The notes under the pieces are model-generated. The model made no database searches and was not told the origin of the DNA. It worked only from the letters and a program-made list of their open reading frames with translations. DNA of 64,000 bases, from NCBI GenBank assembly GCA_963845085.1, contig CAWJQI010000005.1:975433-1039432 (forward strand), written 5' to 3'. Both the position numbers and the translations under genes were made by a program. The stretch comes from Candidatus Fermentibacterota bacterium (GTDB lineage: Bacteria; Fermentibacterota; Fermentibacteria; Fermentibacterales; JCC-6). Shown in pieces: positions 29,841 to 39,598 of the stretch. Each line of letters begins with the position of its first letter. Within the stretch, counting starts at the first letter, position 1.

Positions 29841-31118
29841 ATGGCTGAAATAGCTCTGGTCCGCTCCAGACAGATCCTTGATTCACGGGGAAACCCGACC
29901 CTCGAGACCGACGTTTTTCTGGAGGACGGCTCCTTCGGAAGGGCGGCGGTTCCAAGCGGAGCCTCAACTGGTGAACACGAGGCCTGCGAACTCAGAGACG
30001 GCCTTCCGGCCTTCGGTGGCAAGGGGGTCACCAAGGCCGTCGCCAACGTGAACAACAGGATCGCGCAGGCCGTGACGGGGATGTCAGCCCTCGACCAGTA
30101 CGGAATTGATCGGATCATGATCGAAATGGACGGCACGGAGAACAAGTCCGAACTGGGCGCCAACGCCGTCCTGAGTGTTTCGATGGCTGTTTCGAGGGCG
30201 GCATCCGACAGCCTCGGCATCCCCCTTTACAGGTATCTTGGCGGGCCGCTCGCCAGAGTCCTTCCAGTCCCCATGATGAACATCCTCAACGGCGGCGCGC
30301 ATGCATCCAACCTCATAGACCTGCAGGAGTTCATGATCGTTCCGACAGGTTTCCCGACTTTTGCAAGCGCCCTGCAGGCGGGGGCAGAGGTGTTCGCCTC
30401 CCTCAAAAAACTCGCTTCGACGCGGAAGATGCCAACATCGGTGGGGGATGAGGGTGGGCTCGCACCCGACCTCCCGGACAACAGGTCCGTGTTCGAGTTC
30501 ATCATCGAGGCTGTGGGAAAGGCTGGCTATACGCCGGGCCGCGATATTCACATAGCCCTCGACCCTGCCGCCAGCGGCTTCTATCACGACGGCCGCTACA
30601 GGATGCACGGAGAGAAGGCGGAAGGTTTCACCAGCGCCGAAATGGTGGGGTATTGGGAAACCCTCGTGAATGACTACCCCATTATCAGCATCGAGGACGG
30701 TCTCGCCGAGGACGACTGGGACGGCTGGCGGCTGATGAACGAGAGGCTGGGCGGCAGGATACACATAGTGGGCGACGACCTGTTCGTGACCAACGCAAAG
30801 AGGCTCAAGAGGGGCATTGAGCTTGGCGCCGCAAACGCCATTCTCATCAAGCTCAACCAGATCGGCACGGTCAGCGAAACCCTCGGCGCCATCGAAATGG
30901 CACACCGGGCGGGCATGCGGGCTGTTGTGAGCCACAGGAGCGGCGAGACCGCCGATGCCTACATAGCAGACCTCGCTGTCGCCACCGGCACGGGCTTCAT
31001 TAAAACGGGCTCCGCCTGCAGGGGTGAAAGAACGGAAAAGTACAACCAGCTGCTCCGGATCGAAGAGGAGCTGGGGAACTCCGCCCTGTACGCCGGATCC
31101 TGGGCCCTCCGGAGCTGA
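29841..31118 (+). CDS. eno: Enolase
   Basis: DSRGNPT, PSGASTG, GDEGG, SHRSGET. Confidence 0.98.
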   Translation: MAEIALVRSRQILDSRGNPTLETDVFLEDGSFGRAAVPSGASTGEHEACELRDGLPAFGGKGVTKAVANVNNRIAQAVTGMSALDQYGIDRIMIEMDGTENKSELGANAVLSVSMAVSRAASDSLGIPLYRYLGGPLARVLPVPMMNILNGGAHASNLIDLQEFMIVPTGFPTFASALQAGAEVFASLKKLASTRKMPTSVGDEGGLAPDLPDNRSVFEFIIEAVGKAGYTPGRDIHIALDPAASGFYHDGRYRMHGEKAEGFTSAEMVGYWETLVNDYPIISIEDGLAEDDWDGWRLMNERLGGRIHIVGDDLFVTNAKRLKRGIELGAANAILIKLNQIGTVSETLGAIEMAHRAGMRAVVSHRSGETADAYIADLAVATGTGFIKTGSACRGERTEKYNQLLRIEEELGNSALYAGSWALRS

Positions 31119-31119
31119 T

Positions 31120-31431
31120 TTGCTCGAGACCGGCGGCAGGGAGCATTCGAAACGGGGAAGGTACATCGCCCTGGTTCTCGCAGTCCTTCTCCTCACCACG
31201 GCCGCCCTGATTCTGTTCAACCGGCACGGCTTCCTTGCCAACCGGCAGCTCGAGGTTCAGATGGAGGAAACACGCACCGAGGTGGAGACGCTCAAGGCCA
31301 GGCTTGACTCGCTTGACATGACCATCTACAGGCTCCAGAACGATTCGCTCTACATGGAGGCCCGTGTCAGGGAAGTCCTCGGCTGGGGCAGACCGGATGA
31401 ACACATCGTGAGGTTCGTGACACCACAGTGA
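31120..31431 (+). CDS. ftsB: Septum formation initiator (FtsB/DivIC family)
   Basis: One TM plus coiled coil, YMEARVREVLG; directly follows eno. Confidence 0.8.
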   Translation: MLETGGREHSKRGRYIALVLAVLLLTTAALILFNRHGFLANRQLEVQMEETRTEVETLKARLDSLDMTIYRLQNDSLYMEARVREVLGWGRPDEHIVRFVTPQ

Positions 31432-32714
31432 CACGCCGAGTTCTGTCCGCCCTGGCATGCCTTGCGCCGCTCGTGGCCCTGACGCTGATCGTCGGCCCCC
31501 TGCCCGATTCCGACAGGGCGGCCCACACACTGTGGGCAGGCGAGCTGCTCCGTGAAGGACGGCTCACGATATCGGCCGACGGGGTCGTCGACAACTGGCG
31601 GATGTACTACCCCAACACTGTTCCCAAACCCGGCGACCTTGTCCTCAGCCTGTTCGGGGTATTGTCGGGGCCACTGGGCGAAACCCTTCTATGGCTGCTG
31701 CTCTCATGGGCTGTAATTTTTGGCGCCATGGCCTGTGTTGGTGGTCCGGCTGCCGCGGTGTTCACTGGTGTATTTCTCGGGATCAACCCCGTCTTCCTCA
31801 ACCTGTGCATCACGAGAAGCCCTGCAGTACCCTTCATGGCGCTCCTGTTCCTGGGGGGAGCCTTTCGCTCCCCGTTGCTCATGGCGCTTTCGTCGCTTGT
31901 CAGGCCGGAGGGTTTCATCTACGGCATCCGGGGCCTCCGACGGAAACTTCACATCCCTGCCCTGCTGATCATGGCTGCGTCCGCTGCGGTGTGGGCAGTG
32001 ATCAACTCAAGCGCCTGCGGGGACCTGTTCTGGTCGGGTCGGGAAGTTCGCTACTGCGTTGCTGCGATGGATTACTCCACTCCGAACGTAATCACCTACC
32101 CGCCCTGGCTGATGCTGAGGGCAGTGTTCGTCCTCGGTCCACTTCCGCTTGCCTTTCTTGTCTCGGGGTTCAGGAACTGGGAGCTTCGCCTGCCCGTGGG
32201 ACTGAACCTCGGCCTCCTGTGGGCGGGGCTGGCTTTCGGAAGCCTCGTACTGAACCGTTACGCCGACCAGGTGATTCTCCTTGCCGTCCCCTTCTCGCTC
32301 TGTTCGGTGTTCGAAGCCTTCCCCGGAGGGAAGCGTGTTCCGGCGGCTGCGCTCTGCCTTGTCGGGGCGATGCTTCCCTGGATGGAGACCGCAGGCTCAT
32401 GGCAAACGGAGATACGTCTGAACAACGGCCTGAGGGCTCTTACGACCTCTCTGCCCGAAGGCATCGTCGCAGCAAACGAGCTTGTGGTGCCGCGTCTGGC
32501 CCTCATCGAAGGGCCTGAGGCCTACCCTCACAGGTACGTCGCCCTCGACAGGGCGATCTGGGAGGGTGCAGGCGAGGATGCCTTGCTGTCGCACGGGGTT
32601 ACGTCCATCGTTATCTTTCGGGATGATTTCTACCTGTCCGACCACGCGGGGGACTGGATGAACACTCTTTCAGGAAGGATTCCGGTGTTCGACATCACGA
32701 CGGGTGAGCCCTGA
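31428..32714 (+). CDS. Polytopic membrane protein, possibly GT-C-like
   Basis: Many TM segments, RPEG motif; overlaps both neighbours. Confidence 0.6.
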   Translation: MTRRVLSALACLAPLVALTLIVGPLPDSDRAAHTLWAGELLREGRLTISADGVVDNWRMYYPNTVPKPGDLVLSLFGVLSGPLGETLLWLLLSWAVIFGAMACVGGPAAAVFTGVFLGINPVFLNLCITRSPAVPFMALLFLGGAFRSPLLMALSSLVRPEGFIYGIRGLRRKLHIPALLIMAASAAVWAVINSSACGDLFWSGREVRYCVAAMDYSTPNVITYPPWLMLRAVFVLGPLPLAFLVSGFRNWELRLPVGLNLGLLWAGLAFGSLVLNRYADQVILLAVPFSLCSVFEAFPGGKRVPAAALCLVGAMLPWMETAGSWQTEIRLNNGLRALTTSLPEGIVAANELVVPRLALIEGPEAYPHRYVALDRAIWEGAGEDALLSHGVTSIVIFRDDFYLSDHAGDWMNTLSGRIPVFDITTGEP

Positions 32715-33618
32715 CATGAAGGCGCGTGTTCAGTCGGCGGGCCGGAGGGGGGTTATCCTTGCTTTTCCGGGTGGTGAAACGGCCAAGGCTTCGGTTTCCG
32801 GAGTGGTCTACCGCGATTCGGGAGGCCCCGTATGCGGCGACATTGTTGATGCAACACCGGAAGGCCCTCGCTTTCGGGTCACGGCCATAGCGGAGAGAAC
32901 AACCGAGCTCACCAGAACCTCCCCGCTTGGAAAGCCCCAGATCCTGGCGGCAAACATCGACAGAGTGCTCGTGGTTGCGTCGATCTGCTCCCCGGCTCTC
33001 AGAAGGGGCTTTGTCGACAGGGTCCTTGCGTCGGCCGAACACTCGGGGCTGCGGTGCTCCATTGTGCTGAACAAAGCCGATCTTGCCGAAAACCCCGAAG
33101 CTGCTTCGATACCGGAGATGAAAAAGGTGTACGGCGATGGTGCGGGCTATGAAGTGCTGACAGTCTCCGCAATGACCGGCGAGGGCATGGAAGAGCTCTC
33201 CCTGTTCATCGAGGGGCAGACTGTTGTTTTGACCGGGCCTTCGGGCGCCGGCAAAAGCTCTTTGGCCATGAAGCTCAACCCCCGTCTCGACCTTGCCGTC
33301 GGGGCGCTGAACGAGAAAACCTCGAGGGGGCGCCACACAACTGTGGCCGCAAGGCTCCTCCACCTCTGGGGAGACACCTGGATGATGGACACGCCGGGCC
33401 TCCGGGCCTTTTCAATCGAGCATATCCCGGCCGGAGAACTCTGGCGATGCTTTCCCGAGTTCCGAAACCTTGACCCCTGCCGATACAGGAACTGCCTGCA
33501 CGATTCCGAACCGGAATGCGCGGTCAGGAAGGGTGTGGAGTCGGGCGCCATTGATCGGGAGCGCCACGAGTCATACCTGAAGCTGCTGGGCGAGATACGG
33601 GAGGGAAGGCCAGGGTAG
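32704..33618 (+). CDS. rsgA: Ribosome small subunit-dependent GTPase A
   Basis: NKAD, GPSGAGKSS, GRHTT, DTPG, CRYRNCLHDSEPEC. Confidence 0.95.
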   Translation: MSPDMKARVQSAGRRGVILAFPGGETAKASVSGVVYRDSGGPVCGDIVDATPEGPRFRVTAIAERTTELTRTSPLGKPQILAANIDRVLVVASICSPALRRGFVDRVLASAEHSGLRCSIVLNKADLAENPEAASIPEMKKVYGDGAGYEVLTVSAMTGEGMEELSLFIEGQTVVLTGPSGAGKSSLAMKLNPRLDLAVGALNEKTSRGRHTTVAARLLHLWGDTWMMDTPGLRAFSIEHIPAGELWRCFPEFRNLDPCRYRNCLHDSEPECAVRKGVESGAIDRERHESYLKLLGEIREGRPG

Positions 33619-33621
33619 GGC

Positions 33622-34473
33622 TCAGAGTTCTGGAAGGGTGGGCGCTTCACCCCTGCGAAGCGACGAAAGTGCATCCGAGTAACCCGTCCACATGGGCGAA
33701 CCCCTTCTGAATACACTCATCCGCGAGACGCACTTCAAGCTGATCAGCACGCGCACGAGTGATGCCGACCGGGGCTTGTGCCGGACGAACCACCTCCACA
33801 TTCCCCAGTGGAAGGAGGCGATACGGATCGCCATGGCCGTGGGGGCACCGGTCCCCTCGCGGTGCACAAAACGGGCGCCCGTGCAGATGCTGCTTGATGC
33901 ACCCAGGGCGCGGGCTCTTGCGCAGAGGTCAACGTCCTCGAAGTAGAGCGGGAAATCGCTGTGAAAACCCTCAAGCCTGTCAAGGAACAGTGATCTTTCG
34001 GCGAGGATGAGCGCACCCTGAACCCAGTCAACCCGCGGGCCGTTCCACAACGGTCTTGCCCTCCGCAGAACCTGGGATGCCACCCATGGCACGCTCGGCC
34101 ACCTTCCGCCCGACCCTGTCACACAACCACCAGTGTCGATCAGCGTGGCGCCTGAAAGCGACCCCTCGCGGTGAAACCCGATGAGCGATTCCAGGGACCC
34201 CGCAGTCTCGGGAAGGGTATCCGGATTCGTGACAAGAACGAGGGGGGTGCCGCACGCTTTCACGGCGGCGTTCACACCGAAACCGAAGCCGTGGTTGCAA
34301 CCGGTGGGCACCAGCGCGAGCCCGGAGGCTGCCGGGCATCCGTCCGAGGAGGCGTTGTCGGCCACAAGCAGACTGCATCCCGTGGGAGTCCATGCGTCGC
34401 GCCAGCGAAAGAGGGCCTCACCGCTGTTCGCGGCCACGGTGATGACCGTGACTTGAGCAGGCGAGGCCCTCAT
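33622..34473 (-). CDS. Glycosyltransferase family 2
   Basis: DNASSDG, NHGFG, NPD, FPLYFEDVD. Confidence 0.85.
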   Translation of the reverse strand: MRASPAQVTVITVAANSGEALFRWRDAWTPTGCSLLVADNASSDGCPAASGLALVPTGCNHGFGFGVNAAVKACGTPLVLVTNPDTLPETAGSLESLIGFHREGSLSGATLIDTGGCVTGSGGRWPSVPWVASQVLRRARPLWNGPRVDWVQGALILAERSLFLDRLEGFHSDFPLYFEDVDLCARARALGASSSICTGARFVHREGTGAPTAMAIRIASFHWGMWRWFVRHKPRSASLVRVLISLKCVSRMSVFRRGSPMWTGYSDALSSLRRGEAPTLPEL

Positions 34474-34494
34474 GCGCGTAATCCTTTTCGAGGG

Positions 34495-35433
34495 CTACAG
34501 AAGTGTGGCCACCATCAGGGCCTTTATGGTGTGCTTCCTGTTCTCCGCCTCATCCCATACCACGGAGTTGGGACCCTCGATCACGTCGTACGTGACCTCC
34601 TGCCCCTTCACGGCCGGCAGGCAGTGCATGAAGAGCACATCGTTCCCGGCCATGTCAAGCATTTCCTGGTTAACCTGATAGGGCGTGAGCAGAGCGATCC
34701 TCTCCCTGGCCTTGTCTTCCTCGCCCATGCTGGCCCACACGTCGGTGTAGATCACATCGGCACCGGGAATGGCCTCGGTGAGCTTGTCGGTGACCCTGAT
34801 CTCGCAGCCGCTGTCGGCTGCCACACCCCGTACCCGTTCCAAAAGCCCGCCCTCGGGCTGAAGCTCCTTCGGGGCGAGGATGGTGCAGTCGAGCCCCATC
34901 TTGGCGCAGCCGATCATGAGGCTGTTCGCCATGTTGTTGCGGCCGTCGCCGGCGTAGACCAGGGAAAGCCCCGGAAGCTCGCCCGTGTGCTCCTCTATCG
35001 TCATGAGGTCGGCGAGGACCTGCGTGGGGTGGTACATGTCGGTCAGGGCGTTGTATACCGGCACGCCGGAGTAGTCATCAAGCGCCTCGACCATCTCCTG
35101 GCTGAAGCCGCGGAACATGATGGCGTCGAACATGCGCCCCAGGACCCTTGCCGTGTCTTCGATGCTCTCCTTCGAACCGAGCTGGATGTCGGCGCTGGAA
35201 AGGAACACGGGGTGCCCGCCCTCCTCGCCGAACGCGGTTTCGAAGGCACAGCGTGTGCGGGTCGAGCGCTTTTCGAAGAGCATTGCCAGAGTTTTCCCCT
35301 GAAAACGCTGGTAGACCTGGAAGCCCACCCTCTCGGCCTTGAGGTTGTGGGAAACGTCAAGCAGGTAGCGGATCTGCTCGGGGCTCAGATCCAGAAGCGT
35401 AAGCAGGCTTTTGCCCCTGAGGTTGACAGCCAT
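34495..35433 (-). CDS. argF: Ornithine carbamoyltransferase
   Basis: STRTR, HPTQ, SMG, HCLP. Confidence 0.95.
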   Translation of the reverse strand: MAVNLRGKSLLTLLDLSPEQIRYLLDVSHNLKAERVGFQVYQRFQGKTLAMLFEKRSTRTRCAFETAFGEEGGHPVFLSSADIQLGSKESIEDTARVLGRMFDAIMFRGFSQEMVEALDDYSGVPVYNALTDMYHPTQVLADLMTIEEHTGELPGLSLVYAGDGRNNMANSLMIGCAKMGLDCTILAPKELQPEGGLLERVRGVAADSGCEIRVTDKLTEAIPGADVIYTDVWASMGEEDKARERIALLTPYQVNQEMLDMAGNDVLFMHCLPAVKGQEVTYDVIEGPNSVVWDEAENRKHTIKALMVATLL

Positions 35434-35448
35434 GATTCCTCCCGTTCG

Positions 35449-36234
35449 TTAGTTCTTCAGAGAGTCCCAGATGATGCTCAGGGCAAGATCGGCCTTGCCG
35501 GGGCAGCAGAGGTTGCTGCTCAGCACCACAATGCCGTAGTCTTCGCCCGAGGGTTTCCGTACGATGAGGAATATATGACGTGACGAACCGGATTCATCGA
35601 TCCACCCGTAGAGAGTGTTCGAGGTGCCCAGAGCCTCGCGGTTGCCCTGGGACAGGGGGGGGTTGTCGCCGATGCGGCGGGCATCCCTGTTGTCAAGGTT
35701 CCGGTAGACGATTTCAAGGAAGGCCATTGCATCCTCGACGTTTATGGTGTTCGGGTCGAGTTCGACCGGAGTGGGAAGGTCGAGGTCCACCCCGCTCACC
35801 GCGGTGCCGGTGTATCCCCCATCACTCAGCCACTCCGCAATACGGGCCTCCCTGATGCTCCAGATCACGGAGGCGCACACGCCCCTGCCGCCCTGCTGGG
35901 CCCAGTGAAGCTTCTCCCAGAACCTCTCGTTTCGTGCAATCATGCTGTCAAGCGGGAACTCGCCCGAATTGGAGAGCTCGATACCACAGGCGGCCAGCGG
36001 AAGAGAGGGAGAGTCCATCCCGAAACTCCGTGTTGAGTTCCTGACCGCTCGCTCGCCGCTGCGAAGGTCAATGACGCCTATCCCCCAGACGGCCCCGTCA
36101 AGTTCTGCCGCCCGGGCCACCGCTGCGGCGACACCGTCGGGAAGGCCTTCGGATGGGGTGACCAGGGTGTCGGGGTTTTGCAGGACCAGCGGCTGACCCA
36201 GGAGAACCAGGGAGCCAAGAATTACATGCAGCAT
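35449..36234 (-). CDS. Exported protein with a degenerate class-A beta-lactamase/serine hydrolase-like fold
   Basis: Signal peptide; GIGVIDLRSGE, NTINVEDAMAFL, YGIVVLS; no SxxK or KTG motif. Confidence 0.55.
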   Translation of the reverse strand: MLHVILGSLVLLGQPLVLQNPDTLVTPSEGLPDGVAAAVARAAELDGAVWGIGVIDLRSGERAVRNSTRSFGMDSPSLPLAACGIELSNSGEFPLDSMIARNERFWEKLHWAQQGGRGVCASVIWSIREARIAEWLSDGGYTGTAVSGVDLDLPTPVELDPNTINVEDAMAFLEIVYRNLDNRDARRIGDNPPLSQGNREALGTSNTLYGWIDESGSSRHIFLIVRKPSGEDYGIVVLSSNLCCPGKADLALSIIWDSLKN

Positions 36235-36252
36235 TGGTGAAAGCCTCCAAGC

Positions 36253-36278
36253 AAAAGGGGGGAGCCGAAGCCCCCCCC
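36253..36278 (-). terminator. Intrinsic terminator
   Basis: G-rich stem with a TTCG loop followed by TTTT, after the lipoprotein gene. Confidence 0.75.
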
Positions 36279-36297
36279 GGTGAAGAATCAGGATGTT

Positions 36298-37131
36298 CTA
36301 GTAGTTGCTGGTGAAGACCGTGATGTTGGCAAGGGGCTGGTACTCGTACTGGAACGAGACCATGGTGCCCCTGTTGCTGTCAGGGTCGGGAGCGATGTTG
36401 AGGTCGAACATCTTCACATAGATGACATCCCCGCCCGAGAAGGGAAGGGCGCAGAAAACTGCGCTGTCGGACTCGTAGAGCGGGTAGTTCTCGTACCAGG
36501 ATCCGGTACCGTACTCGCTGCAATAACCGTATGTGCCGTCGGGATCGGCCATGTATGTGGGGTTGCCGCCGTAGCTGCTGCCGCCTGCGTAGGGACCGTA
36601 CGTGCCGGAGTACAGCCTGACGATGGTGTCGCCGTCGGTCTGCTCATCCCATGCGTAGATGTCCTTCTCGAAGGAGGAACCGGCCATGCCGGTCTGGCCG
36701 CCGTTGGCTCCGAACTGGAAGGCGCTGGGCTTGTCGGCGGGGCTCCATCTGTCATAGATGGTGTAGACGGTGGTGATAACGTTGGGAAGGGTGTTGACTT
36801 CGGTGGCGTAACCCTCGGAGGTGTCTTCGCCCTCGTAGGCCATCACGGTGTAGTAACCGGCTGCCGATGCAACATGGGTGAACGTGGTGGTTGCAACGTC
36901 GCCGACCTCGGTCCAGGAGCCGCTCGCGGTCTCACGGAAGTAAACGGTATATCCGTCGACATCCTCGACTGCGGACCATGTAAGAACGATGCTGTTTCCG
37001 GCGCTGGCGGCGCCGATGGCAAGGTCCTGCACTATTGGGAGGGTGCCCTCCGGGCCTTCGGGGTCATCGCCCGCGCAGCCCGACATCACGATCATGCCGA
37101 GAACCAAAGCGGAAACAAGAAGCTTTTTCAC
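36298..37131 (-). CDS. Lipoprotein with an FN3-like domain
   Basis: MKKLLV...MSGC lipobox; LTWSAVEDVDGYTVY. Confidence 0.8.
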   Translation of the reverse strand: MKKLLVSALVLGMIVMSGCAGDDPEGPEGTLPIVQDLAIGAASAGNSIVLTWSAVEDVDGYTVYFRETASGSWTEVGDVATTTFTHVASAAGYYTVMAYEGEDTSEGYATEVNTLPNVITTVYTIYDRWSPADKPSAFQFGANGGQTGMAGSSFEKDIYAWDEQTDGDTIVRLYSGTYGPYAGGSSYGGNPTYMADPDGTYGYCSEYGTGSWYENYPLYESDSAVFCALPFSGGDVIYVKMFDLNIAPDPDSNRGTMVSFQYEYQPLANITVFTSNY

Positions 37132-37195
37132 TTTTTCCCCTTTCTCTGGAGATGGAAGCGCATGCTTCCCATGTTGGCATAATATGCATGTTTCG

Positions 37196-39598
37196 CTACT
37201 GTGTCAAACCATCATCCACCCCGTCCAAAAGGTCAAGCGCCTGCCGCGCCGCACTCCACACATCGAGCTCGGGGGCTGCCAGAAGGGCTTCGAGTGCTTC
37301 ACGGGCGGTCGGTGAGGCGATCTTGCCCAGGCTGACGGCCGTCTCGCGGCGCACCAGTTCGTTCCCGCTCTCCGCAAAGGGCACGATGAGGGGAACCGAT
37401 GCCTCGGAGCCGATGTCGCCCAGCGCCCTTATCACGGTCACCAGCCGGGCCTGTGGCAGGGAATCGGCGAGAAGTGCCTCGATGGCCGGTCTCGCTTCAT
37501 CCATTCCAACCTCGCCCAACCAGGACACCGTGTTGGAAAAACGCCTGCCCTCAAGCTCTTCCCCCTCCAGAAGGCTCAGAAGCGAGGCGAGGGACGTTTC
37601 CCTGTTGCCCTTCAGCACCTCAATGATGGCCCGATGTTCGAGGCCGTCCCAGGAATCGATGTGTTCCCCGAGAACGTATGCAACGGCGGAGTCACCGCGC
37701 GATACCATCTCATTCAGGTGCGCAGTGACCCTGTCCGCATTGCCCCCCACCCCCCACTCGGAGGCCACGCTGAAAAGCGAGTCCATCCCGAGGGATGAGG
37801 GGTCACCTATGGGCTCGATGAACTCGGGGTCAACAGGGGTCACCGCCGACATGTCCAGCCCGGCCGAGTAGTCTTCGCTCCAGCTTGTCGAATCATCCCC
37901 CGGGCCGAGGTAGCGGTCGGAGTCGGCCATGGAGATGAAAAGGCCGCTTCCCGAGGAACCCCTCGCCCAGGTGGCCTGCCCCTGCCCGAGGTTCTTCACT
38001 GCGTACACGTCGCTGCCCCCCATGTCTGCAAAAACGGCGGCCGAATTTGTCAGCGCAAGGCCCTGGCCGCCGTCGGTGGCGTAGTAGTCGCTTCCCTCAC
38101 CGTCGAACAGGAAGCCGGTCGAAAGGTCGTGGGCGCTCCCCTGTGCCGGGCCGTTACGCGAAATGAACTGGTCGTCGCCGGAAAGGTCGAGGAGCACCCC
38201 GGCCGAAAGGTGGATTCCGGTGCCCTGAGAGTACTGGGCGGCCGAGTAGAGATCCTGCCCCCCCTCGTCGACCAGAATCCCGAGGGAGTACCAGTAGGAA
38301 CAGCCCTGACCGAAAACCTCGGCCCTGTAGGTGTCACAGCCTTCGCCGTAATCCAGCAGTGTGCCGACGCCGCCGGCGATGAACGGCCTGAAGCCCATTC
38401 CGAACCCCTGGCTCATCGCCCTGTGGTCCCTGGGCAGGAGGGGCTCGTGGGGGATGCTGAAGCCCGCCGTGTAGACATCGTGGCCGTCGCCGTCAACAAG
38501 GTCGCCGCGGCCCGCGGGGCCGCCGAAGCCCTGGCCGCAGCATGCGGCGCGGCGTGTGTCGTCGCCCTCGATGTCGAGAAGGAAACCGTCGCCAAGCGTT
38601 CCCGCGCCCTGCGTGTGAACGGATGCAAGGTACAGGTCGTGGCCCGACAGGTCGGCAAGAATGCCCTGACCGAGCATGCCGCTTCCCTGTGACAAACACG
38701 ATGCCCGATAGACATCGTCGCCCTCCATGTCGACCACGCAGGCGAATCCCATCAGGGCTCCGCCCTGGGAGACCGCAAGCCCCCGCGATTCCCAGGTGTC
38801 GTCACCTTCCCTGTCGATGACCATGGAGATGAACCCCCCGCCCAGAGCGCCAACGACCCCTCCAACGCCCGGCCCGTAAGTGTCGTCTCCACCGAGATCA
38901 ACGATGAGGGCGAACGGGCAGCCGGCATCGTACGAATTCGGCCCGGCCCCCCCAACGACCCACGGAACCGGATCGTCCAGGGACCAGGCGACAACATCTC
39001 CCCGCACCCCGGCCACGCCGCCGTGGATGACTTCGGACTCAAGCCAGGCTTCGGGCGCCGAGACGGCGAGCGCCAGCATCTCCCCGACATGTTCAGGCTC
39101 AACGCCGGGCCACCGCCCGAGCAGCACGGCAAGGCTCTCAGGGTGCATTTCAAGGAATTCCGCGGGAAATGCGGCGTTCCTGCCCGAATAGGCAGCACCC
39201 CATTCCAGACCCGGCAGAAGTGAATCGGGGTCAGCCCAGATGGAGGAAAGAACAAGGGAGAGGGAGTCGGCCAGTTCCGCACCCATCCCGTCGTACACGG
39301 CCTGGTACCTTCCGTTCACCTCGGCAAGCCGTGCCAGCAGCTCATGAAAGCCTCCGGCAGGACCGGGCGCTGCGATAAGACCGCGATGGTCTTCCATCCT
39401 GTCAAAGGCTGTTTCCGGCAGGAGCCATACATCGGACAGAACGGAGAGCACCAGGGAGTCCGGCATTGCAACCGAGACAGACCAATGGCGTTCGAAGTTC
39501 ATGTCGGCCGGTGTCATCCCCAACGGCGCCAGAGCCGACTCAGCAGCGGCTGTGACCTCCGGGGGAAGGAGCAGCAGAAGAATCGTTGCAAGGGGCAT
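37196..39598 (-). CDS. Secreted protein with tandem DxxGxDxY repeats and C-terminal HEAT repeats
   Basis: About 10 units of D..G.D.Y....QG.G..G.G.L.D; C-terminal ALGDIG and VRRETAVSLGKI. Confidence 0.8.
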   Translation of the reverse strand: MPLATILLLLLPPEVTAAAESALAPLGMTPADMNFERHWSVSVAMPDSLVLSVLSDVWLLPETAFDRMEDHRGLIAAPGPAGGFHELLARLAEVNGRYQAVYDGMGAELADSLSLVLSSIWADPDSLLPGLEWGAAYSGRNAAFPAEFLEMHPESLAVLLGRWPGVEPEHVGEMLALAVSAPEAWLESEVIHGGVAGVRGDVVAWSLDDPVPWVVGGAGPNSYDAGCPFALIVDLGGDDTYGPGVGGVVGALGGGFISMVIDREGDDTWESRGLAVSQGGALMGFACVVDMEGDDVYRASCLSQGSGMLGQGILADLSGHDLYLASVHTQGAGTLGDGFLLDIEGDDTRRAACCGQGFGGPAGRGDLVDGDGHDVYTAGFSIPHEPLLPRDHRAMSQGFGMGFRPFIAGGVGTLLDYGEGCDTYRAEVFGQGCSYWYSLGILVDEGGQDLYSAAQYSQGTGIHLSAGVLLDLSGDDQFISRNGPAQGSAHDLSTGFLFDGEGSDYYATDGGQGLALTNSAAVFADMGGSDVYAVKNLGQGQATWARGSSGSGLFISMADSDRYLGPGDDSTSWSEDYSAGLDMSAVTPVDPEFIEPIGDPSSLGMDSLFSVASEWGVGGNADRVTAHLNEMVSRGDSAVAYVLGEHIDSWDGLEHRAIIEVLKGNRETSLASLLSLLEGEELEGRRFSNTVSWLGEVGMDEARPAIEALLADSLPQARLVTVIRALGDIGSEASVPLIVPFAESGNELVRRETAVSLGKIASPTAREALEALLAAPELDVWSAARQALDLLDGVDDGLTQ

